In this document: positions 9,928 through 19,323 of the stretch, one piece after another
Numbering within the stretch: the first letter of the stretch is position 1
Layout: each line of letters opens with the position of its first letter
Origin: Elusimicrobiota bacterium
GTDB lineage: Bacteria; Elusimicrobiota; Elusimicrobia; F11
DNA length: 64,000 bases
Direction of reading: 5' to 3'
NCBI GenBank assembly: GCA_022072025.1
Contig: JAJVIP010000003.1
Location: 1 to 64,000 of the forward strand
The notes under the pieces: generated by a model
Database searches by the model: none
What the model was told of the DNA's origin: nothing
What the model saw: the letters and a program-made list of their open reading frames with translations, nothing else
Position numbers and translations under genes: made by a program

Positions 9928-10704
9928 ATGGCATTACCAACCTTCGACGGGTTTTCGCTCCAGGACGAAAACTACATTACAGAGGAAATTATCTATCGTT
10001 CAATTCCTGCCCGCTCAGTAGAGATGGAACAAATAACTCGTCGCCCAGGAACAAAAATCATGGGTAGCGAATTTGGAGCTCGTAAAGTAACACTTAAGGG
10101 TCACATTATTGCTGACTCTGCAACAGACCTCCAAAGTAGAGTAGATGCTATTCACTCTAATATTACCCGCAAAGAAGAGGGGGTACTGACTATTGAGTCT
10201 GGTAGAACTGGAACTGCCCTAGTATCTTCTGTCGGCATTATGGATCCACACTATGCTCAGGACTATGTTCCTTTTGAAATTGAAATGATCATGCCAGATC
10301 CATTCTTCTACGGTCCACAACAAACTGTGACCATAACCGTAACCTCTGGCTCATCCTCTGTCTCTGTCAACACCACAATCTCTGGATCGGTATATGCTGA
10401 ACCAACAATTGTTTATTACTCTCCAGGAACCTCTGGCTATACTACAACATCTGGAATTTCAATCGAATATACACCAACTGCCGAGATCCTCACCTGGTCT
10501 GGGACATCTACCAATACTCTCGCCTATAACTCATCAGTAAGCTTTAACTATGCCGACTATTCCATTTTAGAGGGATTGAATGAGGTAGATATTGAAGGAG
10601 TTTTTGCTCGCTGGGAACCAATCACAACAAGTTTTATTGTTACATTCTCTGGAACTGCTCAAGGGGGATCTCTTAACTTTAGCTACCAACCAAGATACCT
10701 ATAA
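9928..10704 (+). CDS. distal tail protein (Dit-like)
   Basis: 258 aa directly after the tape measure. Synteny-based call. Confidence 0.45.
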   Translation: MALPTFDGFSLQDENYITEEIIYRSIPARSVEMEQITRRPGTKIMGSEFGARKVTLKGHIIADSATDLQSRVDAIHSNITRKEEGVLTIESGRTGTALVSSVGIMDPHYAQDYVPFEIEMIMPDPFFYGPQQTVTITVTSGSSSVSVNTTISGSVYAEPTIVYYSPGTSGYTTTSGISIEYTPTAEILTWSGTSTNTLAYNSSVSFNYADYSILEGLNEVDIEGVFARWEPITTSFIVTFSGTAQGGSLNFSYQPRYL

Positions 10705-10716
10705 GGAGAATAATTA

Positions 10717-13242
10717 ATGGCATTAAATAGTTGGCAGAAACTAACTAGAGTTTTACCAGGACAACCCTTTGGTGATGGTGCCGACGGAGCATACTCCTCT
10801 GCCACAGCCCCATCAATGGTTTTTACTGGGATCTCTGGTTCTTCTGGGTCAACATCCCTAACCACCGAGGGGGCAGTCTACTCTAATGGAGATGTCTTAA
10901 TCCTCATGCAAATGAGGGGAACTGGCGTAGGGCAGTGGGAAATCAACAGAGTTTCCTCTGGCGGGGGAACCACCTCTCTTACACTTACTAATGCCCTCCA
11001 ATATACCTACACTGATTCTGGTGCATCTCAGGCTCAAGCAGTTAAGATTTACCGTTATACTAGTGTCACTCAATCTGGGACATGGGATCCAGGAGATTGG
11101 TGGGATGAAAACACTGGCGGAGTATTAATCTTCGCCGCCCAAGACACAACGACATTCTCTGGAACAATAAGTGCTGATATATATGGGTTTATTACTCCAT
11201 CTGCACCAGGACAATATCAATCAGGGAAACAGGGGGAAGGAACTGGGGGGTCGCCAACAACATCTCTCTCGGCTAACGGGAACGGTGGAGGAGGAGGAAA
11301 TACTATTAACTCCACCTCTCGTGGAGGCGGAGCTGGGGGTGGTAATGGTGAAGCTGGGGCGAATGGTCAAAACTATAATTCTGCTACGGGAGGCACCGCA
11401 GGTGCGACGGCGGGCTCGTCTGACCTAAGCTCCATTGTACTTGGTGGTGCTGGTGGGCAGGGTGGAGAGTGGGATGGTTATAACTCACAGGGTGGAAAGG
11501 GTGGAGGCATTATTATCATCTACTCTCGCATTTTTACCCAAAGTGGATCTGGTTTAATCACCTCTGACGGAAGCAATGGTAGTAGCGGAGCAATTGGTCG
11601 GGCAGGATCGGGGGGTGGTGCTGGTGGCTCAGTCCTTATTCTCGCCAACCAAGCCACAATTGGCACAGATAAAATTGGTGTTGTAAATGGTACTGGAGGA
11701 GTTGGAGAAACAGGATACTCTGGAGCGGGAGGAAACGGAGGTAAAGGAAGAATTGCCATCTATTACGGAACCTCCCTTACTGGATCAATATCATCATCTC
11801 TCTATGGCTCCTATACCAATGAGGTAGATGTGACTCTGGCTAGTATTGCCAAAGATAGCTCTGTTAAAGCCAACATTTTAGTCACCAACATTACCAATAG
11901 TAACTCTTCTAAGTCTGATATTCTTGTCCAGAACATTACCAACAACAACTCTACTAAGGCTGAATTATTCTGGCTAGGACAAGAGGGAAACAGTGTTACT
12001 GCTAGTATCTATGCCCAATCACTTCGCAAATATTATCAATATAGGGTCTATGACCAAAATAACCAATTTATAAAATCTTGGTCTAATGAAGTCACCTCTG
12101 AACCCCACTTCCGCTCCACAATCAATAGTGGACCAGGAGACATGACAATCCGTCTTTCTAGAACCTTTGATGACTTTGGAGAGGATGAAGATGTTAAGCT
12201 CTATAACCATGTGGAAGTGTGGTGTTTTGATAGGGAGGCTCGTAATGGGACTCTTATCTATAATGGGTTTATCTCTGGTTATCGTCCAGTTATTGAGGGG
12301 AATAAAGAGTATGTTGAGATAACCCTACTCCACGATATTTCCGAGATGTCTTGGATCATGCTACGCAACGGAGCTGGAGCAACCACGATTACAATGAACT
12401 CTACAGATCCATCAGATATGTTTAAGAATATTATTAATTATTATCGTGCTGATCGCCCTAAAATTAACTATACTGCCAGCTCAGTGGATACCACTGGTAC
12501 TACGGTATCCTATACTTTCCAGACCTATACTATCAGAGAGGCATTAGATAAAGCTATTGATCTAACCCCCGAAAATTGGTACTGGAGAATTGATGCTGAT
12601 AATATTGCCCACCTCCATCTTTCTAACCTAGTAACTCCAGATCATGACTTTTTAATTGGTCGTCATGTTTCTAACATGGAAACCTGGCGTAGAGGAGAAG
12701 ATATTATTAACACAGTTTATTTTGTGGGGCAAGAGTCGGCGGGCGTCCCCATGTATCGTGTGTATAAAAACACTGCCTCTATCGCAACCTACGGTATTCA
12801 CGCAACTAAATTGGTTGACCAAAGAGTTACCCAGACGGCAACTGCTGACCTTATGGCCAATAGAGTAATAGATCAAAAACTCAATCCTGAGATCCGCACT
12901 ACTCTCACCATCCTAGATAGCAACCAAAATCGTCCCAATATCGGATATGACATTGAGTCTATCCGCCCAGGTCAATCTATGCGTATTAGAAATATTAAAC
13001 AAGGAACCAAGACTCTTTCCAGATGGGATATTGCCGAATGGGATGTAGATGTTTGGGATCAAACCCTTTCATATGCAGCTGCTAGTGTTATCCAGATTCA
13101 GTCAATAGATTACTCTCCTGGGAAAATGATTATTGAAGCTTCTTCAAGACTTCCAATCATTGCTAAGCGTGTTGAGGATATTCAAAGAAATCTAGAGGAT
13201 TCCCAGACATGGAATACACCAACTACGCCCACAGCTGGATAA
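10717..13242 (+). CDS. tail tip / fibre protein: N-terminal Gly-rich repeat domain fused to Tal-like tail-tip domain
   Basis: 841 aa. N-terminal 370 aa is paralogous to ORF 13727..14911 (GGxGGxG repeats). C-terminal 470 aa resembles siphovirus tail-associated (Tal / prophage-tail) proteins (YRVYDQNNQFIKSW...DVKLYNHVEVWCFDR...). Confidence 0.55.
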   Translation: MALNSWQKLTRVLPGQPFGDGADGAYSSATAPSMVFTGISGSSGSTSLTTEGAVYSNGDVLILMQMRGTGVGQWEINRVSSGGGTTSLTLTNALQYTYTDSGASQAQAVKIYRYTSVTQSGTWDPGDWWDENTGGVLIFAAQDTTTFSGTISADIYGFITPSAPGQYQSGKQGEGTGGSPTTSLSANGNGGGGGNTINSTSRGGGAGGGNGEAGANGQNYNSATGGTAGATAGSSDLSSIVLGGAGGQGGEWDGYNSQGGKGGGIIIIYSRIFTQSGSGLITSDGSNGSSGAIGRAGSGGGAGGSVLILANQATIGTDKIGVVNGTGGVGETGYSGAGGNGGKGRIAIYYGTSLTGSISSSLYGSYTNEVDVTLASIAKDSSVKANILVTNITNSNSSKSDILVQNITNNNSTKAELFWLGQEGNSVTASIYAQSLRKYYQYRVYDQNNQFIKSWSNEVTSEPHFRSTINSGPGDMTIRLSRTFDDFGEDEDVKLYNHVEVWCFDREARNGTLIYNGFISGYRPVIEGNKEYVEITLLHDISEMSWIMLRNGAGATTITMNSTDPSDMFKNIINYYRADRPKINYTASSVDTTGTTVSYTFQTYTIREALDKAIDLTPENWYWRIDADNIAHLHLSNLVTPDHDFLIGRHVSNMETWRRGEDIINTVYFVGQESAGVPMYRVYKNTASIATYGIHATKLVDQRVTQTATADLMANRVIDQKLNPEIRTTLTILDSNQNRPNIGYDIESIRPGQSMRIRNIKQGTKTLSRWDIAEWDVDVWDQTLSYAAASVIQIQSIDYSPGKMIIEASSRLPIIAKRVEDIQRNLEDSQTWNTPTTPTAG

Positions 13243-13278
13243 TATGTTAAAATACTATAGGTTAATCAAAGGAGCTTT

Positions 13279-13719
13279 ATGGCTATAACACTTAATACTT
13301 TTGCACCAAATACTAAAATGGAATCTGCTAAGGTAAATACTAATTTTAGTAATGTCTCGGACGCAATCCGCCCCACATTTGTATTCACGATTGCTGGAAC
13401 TATGGTGGCTGGAACCAATCAAACCGCAGCTCTCATCGTCCCCGCAGGGATGACCGTAGAAAAGGTCTATGCTTATGCTAAAACCGCCCCCACTGGAGCC
13501 AACCTGATTGTTGATATTAATAAAAACGGCACAAGTATTTGGGCATCTAACCAGGCTAATAGGGTAAATATTGTTGCCTCATCTCAAAGCGGATCCCAAA
13601 CTGCTTTTGACACAACCTCTCTCGTTGAGGGGGATGTAATCACTGTTGATGTTGACCAAATCGGTTCAACAATCGCTGGGGCTGATCTCACAATCCAGAT
13701 TAAATGCAGTACTAACTAG
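13279..13719 (+). CDS. small beta-rich virion protein (possible fibre-associated)
   Basis: 146 aa, T/S/N/A-rich. Between the two Gly-rich paralogs. Confidence 0.3.
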   Translation: MAITLNTFAPNTKMESAKVNTNFSNVSDAIRPTFVFTIAGTMVAGTNQTAALIVPAGMTVEKVYAYAKTAPTGANLIVDINKNGTSIWASNQANRVNIVASSQSGSQTAFDTTSLVEGDVITVDVDQIGSTIAGADLTIQIKCSTN

Positions 13720-13726
13720 GAGATAA

Positions 13727-14911
13727 ATGGCACTAAATAGCTGGCAAAAGATAACTAGAGTTCTCCCCGCCAGACCATTCGGTACTGGGGAAGATGGTGT
13801 TTACTCTTCAACAACAATTCCATCTTTACCTAACCTATCTTGTTCTGGAACCGCAACGAACTCAACTTTGACCGTATCTAGTACTACTCTTGCGAATGGT
13901 AATGTAATTTGTATTCATCAATCTCGTGGTACTGGAGCGGGACAGTGGGAGATCAATAGGATTTCCTCTGGCGGGGGAACTACCTCACTTACCCTACAAA
14001 CCCCCCTTCAATATACCTATACAGATTCGGGGGCGTCGCAAGCCCAGGTAATTAAAATCCCACAATATTCTAGTGTAACGGTTGAGTCTGGTACCTGGAC
14101 TGTCCCTTCTTGGGATGGAAATGTGGGTGGGTTATTCTTCTTTGTCTGTAACGGATTAACAACTATCACTGGCACTCTCTCGGCGGCCGCCCCATCATAT
14201 CTTGCCCCTGGGTTCAATGGGGGCTCAAGTGTTGGTAGAAATACCCAGGGGTGGTGTGGAGAGGGGACTGGGGGATCTAACGCTCAACAATATACGGCTA
14301 ATGGAAATGCGGGTGGCGGAGGACAAGGTGGTGGAGATGCTGGGGGTGGTGCTGGAGGGAGTAATGGAACAGCTGGCACTGCGGGAGAAGCTCAAAATGG
14401 CCACCTGGGAGGAGTTCCTGGATCCACCTCGGGCGACTCTGGATTAACTCTTATGACATTCGGCGGAGCTGGGGGGGCTGGGGGTGGAGACGAAGACGGT
14501 AATGGATCTGGAACAGGTGGAGATGGGGGAGGTATAGTTGCCATCTTCTCTAGAGTTTTAACTGTGACTGGGGGAATTAACGGATACGGCGGATATGGAA
14601 CTGGAGGATCTAACAATGTTGGGACATCTGGTATGGGTGGGGGAGGTGGTGGAGCTGGGGGATCGTTATTAATTTGTGGGCAGATTATTTCAATGGGAGA
14701 AAGCAAAACCAACTTTAATGGTGGGAACCGTGGATTGGGCGGGGGAACTCCACCAGAGAACTTTGGTGGTAAAGGTGGATATGGTGGGGGAGGAAGAATT
14801 GCTATCTACTACGCAACCTCGCTGACTGGCACGGTTTCAAACTACGGAACATACTCAAGCTCACAAGATAACGATCTAAATACAGGAGCAAATTGTCAGA
14901 TTATTTGGTAA
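13727..14911 (+). CDS. Gly-rich repeat tail fibre-like protein (paralog of N-terminus of 10717..13242)
   Basis: Shares MALNSWQK(L/I)TRVLP...GTG(V/A)GQWEINR(V/I)SSGGGTTSLTL...LQYTYTDSGASQAQ and C-terminal GRIAIYY(G/A)TSLTG with the upstream gene. Confidence 0.5.
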   Translation: MALNSWQKITRVLPARPFGTGEDGVYSSTTIPSLPNLSCSGTATNSTLTVSSTTLANGNVICIHQSRGTGAGQWEINRISSGGGTTSLTLQTPLQYTYTDSGASQAQVIKIPQYSSVTVESGTWTVPSWDGNVGGLFFFVCNGLTTITGTLSAAAPSYLAPGFNGGSSVGRNTQGWCGEGTGGSNAQQYTANGNAGGGGQGGGDAGGGAGGSNGTAGTAGEAQNGHLGGVPGSTSGDSGLTLMTFGGAGGAGGGDEDGNGSGTGGDGGGIVAIFSRVLTVTGGINGYGGYGTGGSNNVGTSGMGGGGGGAGGSLLICGQIISMGESKTNFNGGNRGLGGGTPPENFGGKGGYGGGGRIAIYYATSLTGTVSNYGTYSSSQDNDLNTGANCQIIW

Positions 14912-14924
14912 AATAGGAGATACT

Positions 14925-15125
14925 ATGGGACAAACAACACAAGTAGAATATAAGAAAGATTGTGATCATAAATATATAGCATTGGGCTTCGATACCTTCA
15001 GTAAAACTGATGAGGTGGTTGAGGCAGTAGTCGCCATAGCCTGTGAAAAATGTGGGCTATTCCGTACTAAAATATTAACATTCAGGAGAGAACTCACAAA
15101 GGGCTATGAATATGACAAACGATAA
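14925..15125 (+). CDS. hypothetical small protein
   Basis: 66 aa with 4 Cys. Confidence 0.3.
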   Translation: MGQTTQVEYKKDCDHKYIALGFDTFSKTDEVVEAVVAIACEKCGLFRTKILTFRRELTKGYEYDKR

Positions 15126-15315
15126 CGCTAAAGTTTCCCTCAGAGATATCTACCAAGCAATTCAGGAATTCCGCGACGAAGTGCGGGAAACCTATGTTAC
15201 TAAGGCGGAGTTCGCTCCCGTAATGCGGGTTGTGTATGGACTCGTTACCCTTATTATCTCAGCCGTATTTATGGCGATAATTGCTTTGGTGATTAGCAAA
15301 ACCCCCACGATCTAA
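15106..15315 (+). CDS. small membrane protein, holin-like
   Basis: 69 aa with one C-terminal TM helix (VYGLVTLIISAVFMAIIALVI). Follows the tail genes. Confidence 0.3.
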   Translation: MNMTNDNAKVSLRDIYQAIQEFRDEVRETYVTKAEFAPVMRVVYGLVTLIISAVFMAIIALVISKTPTI

Positions 15316-15399
15316 GAAAATGTGTGTGAAAACTGTAAAATAATTTAGCAGTCTCATATGTACAATTGCTTGCAGTAATGGTATAATAATTTTGTACCT

Positions 15400-15843
15400 A
15401 TGCGTCAATACTTTGTTAAGTGTAAGAAGTGTGGGCGGCGAAGAAAAAGACCAAACTTTTACACATTTGTTTGTGAATCGTGTAAACTACCGAATAAACA
15501 CCAAAGCCGCACTTTCTACCACAATAAAAGGATCGTCCTACTCAGGGATTTAAATCGCTGTCAATGTTGTGGGGGCAAAAAAAGACTAGATGCTCACCAC
15601 CTAGACGGAGATCGAAAGAACAATAGTGTCAGCAATCTAATAACCATCTGTCGGGACTGCCACTATCTCCTCCACCTAACCTATACTAAAGAACAGCTCA
15701 GGGCTAGTATTATTTATAACCTGTTCCCCTCCCGCTTTCGCTGGGGGAAACACGGTAAGAAGGCAGTATTTAAGCAACCAGATGATCCAATTGAAATTAG
15801 GCAGAATAGGTTCGGGGGGACTTGTGCTACTAAGCCAAAGTAG
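15400..15843 (+). CDS. HNH endonuclease
   Basis: CQCCGG...HHLDGDRKNNSVSNLITICRDCHYLLH motif with N-terminal Cys pairs. AT-rich flanks and own promoter-like region. Confidence 0.8.
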   Translation: MRQYFVKCKKCGRRRKRPNFYTFVCESCKLPNKHQSRTFYHNKRIVLLRDLNRCQCCGGKKRLDAHHLDGDRKNNSVSNLITICRDCHYLLHLTYTKEQLRASIIYNLFPSRFRWGKHGKKAVFKQPDDPIEIRQNRFGGTCATKPK

Positions 15844-15881
15844 TATAATAATTATAGGTTACAAGTTTTGGAAAGGAGCCT

Positions 15882-16142
15882 ATGGATAAACAAGCTTTCA
15901 TTAAATCTGTGATAGAAGGTTTTAAACAGTTTCTCCGCATTGAACTCATGGCTGTGATCCCAGTTATTCTTATGGGGCTACATGTAGACTTTGTGGCGAT
16001 GACTGCTAGTGTGGACATCAATTGGATGTTTGTGCAAGTAGTAGCTGCAATTGCTGGATTGTCATTTATTGACAAAGCCCTCCACGCATATGGTAAAGAA
16101 ACTGAAAATAAATCGCTAATCTCTGGTTTAACCAGATTTTAA
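15882..16142 (+). CDS. two-TM small membrane protein, holin-like
   Basis: 86 aa with two hydrophobic helices. Followed by a GC stem plus T-run (AAAGCCCC...GGGGCTTTTT) at about 16171-16236. Confidence 0.3.
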   Translation: MDKQAFIKSVIEGFKQFLRIELMAVIPVILMGLHVDFVAMTASVDINWMFVQVVAAIAGLSFIDKALHAYGKETENKSLISGLTRF

Positions 16143-16170
16143 GCACTATATGAGATATATATATAAAATA

Positions 16171-16236
16171 AAGCCCCTCAGACAAGGCTATGCGAGGTTT
16201 TCCTCGAGTAGTATCTAGTCAGTCGGGGCTTTTTGG
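16171..16236 (+). terminator. long stem-loop with T-run (AGCCCCTCAGAC...GTCAGTCGGGGCTTTTT)
   Basis: Inverted repeat followed by TTTTT on the + strand. Confidence 0.35.
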
Positions 16237-16287
16237 AAGGAGAATATCGAAAGAAACCCATAATAACCTAACACAGCGAGGTAAAAT

Positions 16288-17271
16288 ATGACTGGACTCT
16301 ACTACCCTGATGGAGAATATAAATCAAGAGAGGATATAACAATGAAAAACCTGCCACATGATACCGTTGAACACATAACCCCCATCGCATCGGACGATAG
16401 ATCGTTCCGCGAACTGGGGGATCTTTTTGTCCGTAGACAAGCTGAGCGAGAACAAGCTCGGGGGATTCCCGAACATGTAGAGTTTAAGGTCCACACAAAA
16501 TATCCCATCCTTCTCGTCCCATTTGGAGATGTCCATGCGGGGGGAGAAGATGTTGACTATAAGAGGTTCATGGAAGAAATAGAATTTGTTGCTGGAACTC
16601 CTGGGGCTTATGCAATGGCTCTTGGAGATCTCACTGATTCATTCTTTTGGGGGAAAGATGGGCAAGATGGACAGCTCGGGGCTTATGTAGAACAAAATAA
16701 GTTTGCCCGTGCCGCACTCCGCATGTTGGGAGAACAAGAGAAGTTAATCGCCTGCTGGAAGGGAGATCACGATGGCTGGTCTGCATCAATGGGTGAAACC
16801 ATGTATGACGAATTTACCAGCACAGTAAAATCTCACTATTTAGAGGGAGTGTCCTATGTGTCACTTTGGGTTGGAGATCAGGTTTATAAGATCTCAGGAG
16901 CCCATAGACATAACGGCTTCTCTATCTATAATAAAGCACACGCCGCACTCCGCATCTATAGAGATTCGGGTGAGGGATCTGATATCGCCATAACCGCCCA
17001 CAACCATCGTAAAGCCGTGATTACCCAGCCAGTTAAAAGGTTCGGTGGTGATCAGGAAAATGTGACCTACATCGCAGTAGGGGCATATAAAAAGTCTGAT
17101 GGTTGGTTGCGTAAGCAGGGGTATGCGAGACTAGATGATGCTGAGATTGGTCCACAATCGATCCTACTCTGGCCTAATCAAAAGAAAATAGAAACATATT
17201 GGACTGTATCTGAAGGTCTACAAAGACTAGTTTCAGAGAGGTCTAATGGAGAGATTGCTACCGCCAAATAA
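16288..17271 (+). CDS. calcineurin-like metallophosphoesterase
   Basis: Motifs GDVHAG, GDLTD, GDHDG, AHNHR (GDxHG...GDxxD...GNH[DE]...GHxH pattern). Confidence 0.7.
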   Translation: MTGLYYPDGEYKSREDITMKNLPHDTVEHITPIASDDRSFRELGDLFVRRQAEREQARGIPEHVEFKVHTKYPILLVPFGDVHAGGEDVDYKRFMEEIEFVAGTPGAYAMALGDLTDSFFWGKDGQDGQLGAYVEQNKFARAALRMLGEQEKLIACWKGDHDGWSASMGETMYDEFTSTVKSHYLEGVSYVSLWVGDQVYKISGAHRHNGFSIYNKAHAALRIYRDSGEGSDIAITAHNHRKAVITQPVKRFGGDQENVTYIAVGAYKKSDGWLRKQGYARLDDAEIGPQSILLWPNQKKIETYWTVSEGLQRLVSERSNGEIATAK

Positions 17272-17412
17272 GGAAATTGAAGAATCTAGTCTTTGGTGGC
17301 AGATATGGCAAGCCCGCCGTATCCGTCAGGGAAAAATTGATATTGAGAAACCCAAAGAACCTGTCGTGATATACGGCAACAAACACGAATAACAGCAAGC
17401 GTGAGGTAAGCC

Positions 17413-17832
17413 ATGAAAGAACTCCAGCAGATGGTGGGCGATTGGTTATTGGATCGTCCGACCATGTTAGAAAATAACACTTTTCACTCGGTTGTAGACC
17501 TATTGAGGGGAGAGGTTGACGAACTTGTAGAAGCACACCCAAACGGGGACAACAAAGATATAGCCCAGGAGGTGGCAGATGTGTTTATTTTTGCCTTAAC
17601 CCTCGCAAATATCTTAGGGGTTGATGTAGACGCCGAGGTAAAAGAAAAAATGGCCTACAACTTAGCTCGTTATCCAGCATCTAAATTCCAGAGTGGGAGT
17701 TACCAACAATCTAGAGAAGAGTGTCGAGCGTGGGTTAAAGAGACTGGATGGAAGAAAGAATTTTACTCTATCCCCGAAGAAACTCAAGTATCATCTCCCG
17801 TATCCAGCCAGAAAATGTCTTCCCAAGATTAA
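17413..17832 (+). CDS. MazG-like nucleotide pyrophosphohydrolase
   Basis: LRGEVDELVEA...IAQEVADVFIFALTLANILGVD matches the MazG/HisE all-alpha NTP-PPase signature. Confidence 0.7.
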   Translation: MKELQQMVGDWLLDRPTMLENNTFHSVVDLLRGEVDELVEAHPNGDNKDIAQEVADVFIFALTLANILGVDVDAEVKEKMAYNLARYPASKFQSGSYQQSREECRAWVKETGWKKEFYSIPEETQVSSPVSSQKMSSQD

Positions 17833-17898
17833 GAAGTTTATGTCTAAGAGCTAGATACTCATCCTCTGGGATATAAACAGTTATACGCTTCATTGGTT

Positions 17899-19323
17899 TC
17901 ATAACTGAACGGCCTCAATGGTATTGATAAGAGCGTTTCTATCTTGCTCTAGTAATTTCATTACATCAAATACTTTATCTGAGAATCCAGCCATTGCATA
18001 TACATTCTGTTGTGGGAATTCTAGAGTTCCATATCCCTGGAGATCAAATGAGTAGATCCGAGGGTTGGCACCAGTTCTCTTTTTGTAGTCAGCAAATGCT
18101 TTCTTTGGATCATTCCCCCACATATTATCCCCCGCCCATCCCTGCATATCAGAGAGAATTATAATGCGATCATATGGTTGGTTAGCTTTAAGGAATGGTG
18201 CAGCAAAGTTTGTTCCACCAGATTCAAAATCAAAGCTCTCTGCGATGCTAGTGAGTGAATCTTGGGTGTTAATAGAAACATATTTTGCGTTGTCAGAGAA
18301 AACAATTACATCGGCATTGTTTTTCTTAACTAAAATACTAGCAAAAAGTGAGGCAATCTGGGCTGGACGACCCTCCATAGATCCAGATTTATCCACAATT
18401 ACCAGAGTATCACCATCAAACACAGGCACATTATCTAGAGACATTTCAGCCGCCTTGGAGAGTATTGAGATAATCTTGCGGGCATCTTTACCAGATTCTT
18501 CCTTAAACTGCTCAATGGCTGTTTGGAATCTGAATGGTAGGACTAGGGATTTCTTTTGTAGATCTTTGTCTAGCAATATCTCCCCCGCTTTATCCAACAA
18601 CTCTGGAGCCTGCAACATAATGTTGCGAAGGTTTCTAAGTAAGGCAAAGTATCCAATCTTTTTAGATTCTATTAGTTCTGTCCAGGCTTCTTTCTTGGCT
18701 TCATCTTTGTCTTCAGCAGAACCAGTGGCACTAAGTTTTGCCTCCCAGGTATCAACGGACTTAAGTTTATCTTCTATTAATTTCTTAAGAGCAACTTTAT
18801 TTTTCTCGGTAGGAGTTGGGTGAAGAAGATTAACAGCATCAACTAGGGAGATCTCGTTCCCCTCCCCACGGTACTTAGCAAGCTGATACTCATCAAACTT
18901 CCCAAAAGCCATCCCCAATCCTCTTTTGAGTGAGTTTGGTACTGGTTTGCTATAGTTTGATATATAGTAACTGAGAATTTCTGTAATATCGTCAACGCGG
19001 TGGACAACTTTATTATAGAAATTTTTAGTCCACTTCTCACCCTTAACTTTCTTAGCGATCTCAGCCGCTACGACATGGGAGATTGATCTCATCCCGAATT
19101 CTTGGCGAGCATAGACAGCTGTTTTAGCGGCAAATGTTGGGCTAATTTGATCAAGAAGTTCTTTTACTTTTTCAAGCCCCTCAGATTCTGAGCGGTAATA
19201 TTGATCCTTAACAAAGGAGGTCAGCACCATGGTGGCGAACTGGTACTCTGGGGTCATGACATAGGCATCCCCACCAGCCAAGTTCACGGTAGTGTTTGTT
19301 TGTTTACTATTAAATTTAGTCAT
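17899..19323 (-). CDS. rsr: Ro60/Rsr-like protein (TROVE domain + vWA domain with MIDAS motif)
   Basis: N-terminal VNLAGGDAYVM...YYRSE resembles the TROVE N-terminus. C-terminal VIVDKSGSMEG (DxSxS MIDAS) plus a vWA-like segment. SD AAGGAGG 5 nt before the ATG. Confidence 0.6.
   Translation of the reverse strand: MTKFNSKQTNTTVNLAGGDAYVMTPEYQFATMVLTSFVKDQYYRSESEGLEKVKELLDQISPTFAAKTAVYARQEFGMRSISHVVAAEIAKKVKGEKWTKNFYNKVVHRVDDITEILSYYISNYSKPVPNSLKRGLGMAFGKFDEYQLAKYRGEGNEISLVDAVNLLHPTPTEKNKVALKKLIEDKLKSVDTWEAKLSATGSAEDKDEAKKEAWTELIESKKIGYFALLRNLRNIMLQAPELLDKAGEILLDKDLQKKSLVLPFRFQTAIEQFKEESGKDARKIISILSKAAEMSLDNVPVFDGDTLVIVDKSGSMEGRPAQIASLFASILVKKNNADVIVFSDNAKYVSINTQDSLTSIAESFDFESGGTNFAAPFLKANQPYDRIIILSDMQGWAGDNMWGNDPKKAFADYKKRTGANPRIYSFDLQGYGTLEFPQQNVYAMAGFSDKVFDVMKLLEQDRNALINTIEAVQL

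Noticed and set aside
14392-14712. Pro-rich 106-aa minus-strand ORF, and similar ones at 11520..11759, 9565..9804 and 20408..20887
   Set aside because: They are antisense shadows of Gly-rich (GGN) or Ala-rich coding regions in well-supported genes (tail fibre paralogs, tape measure, groEL).
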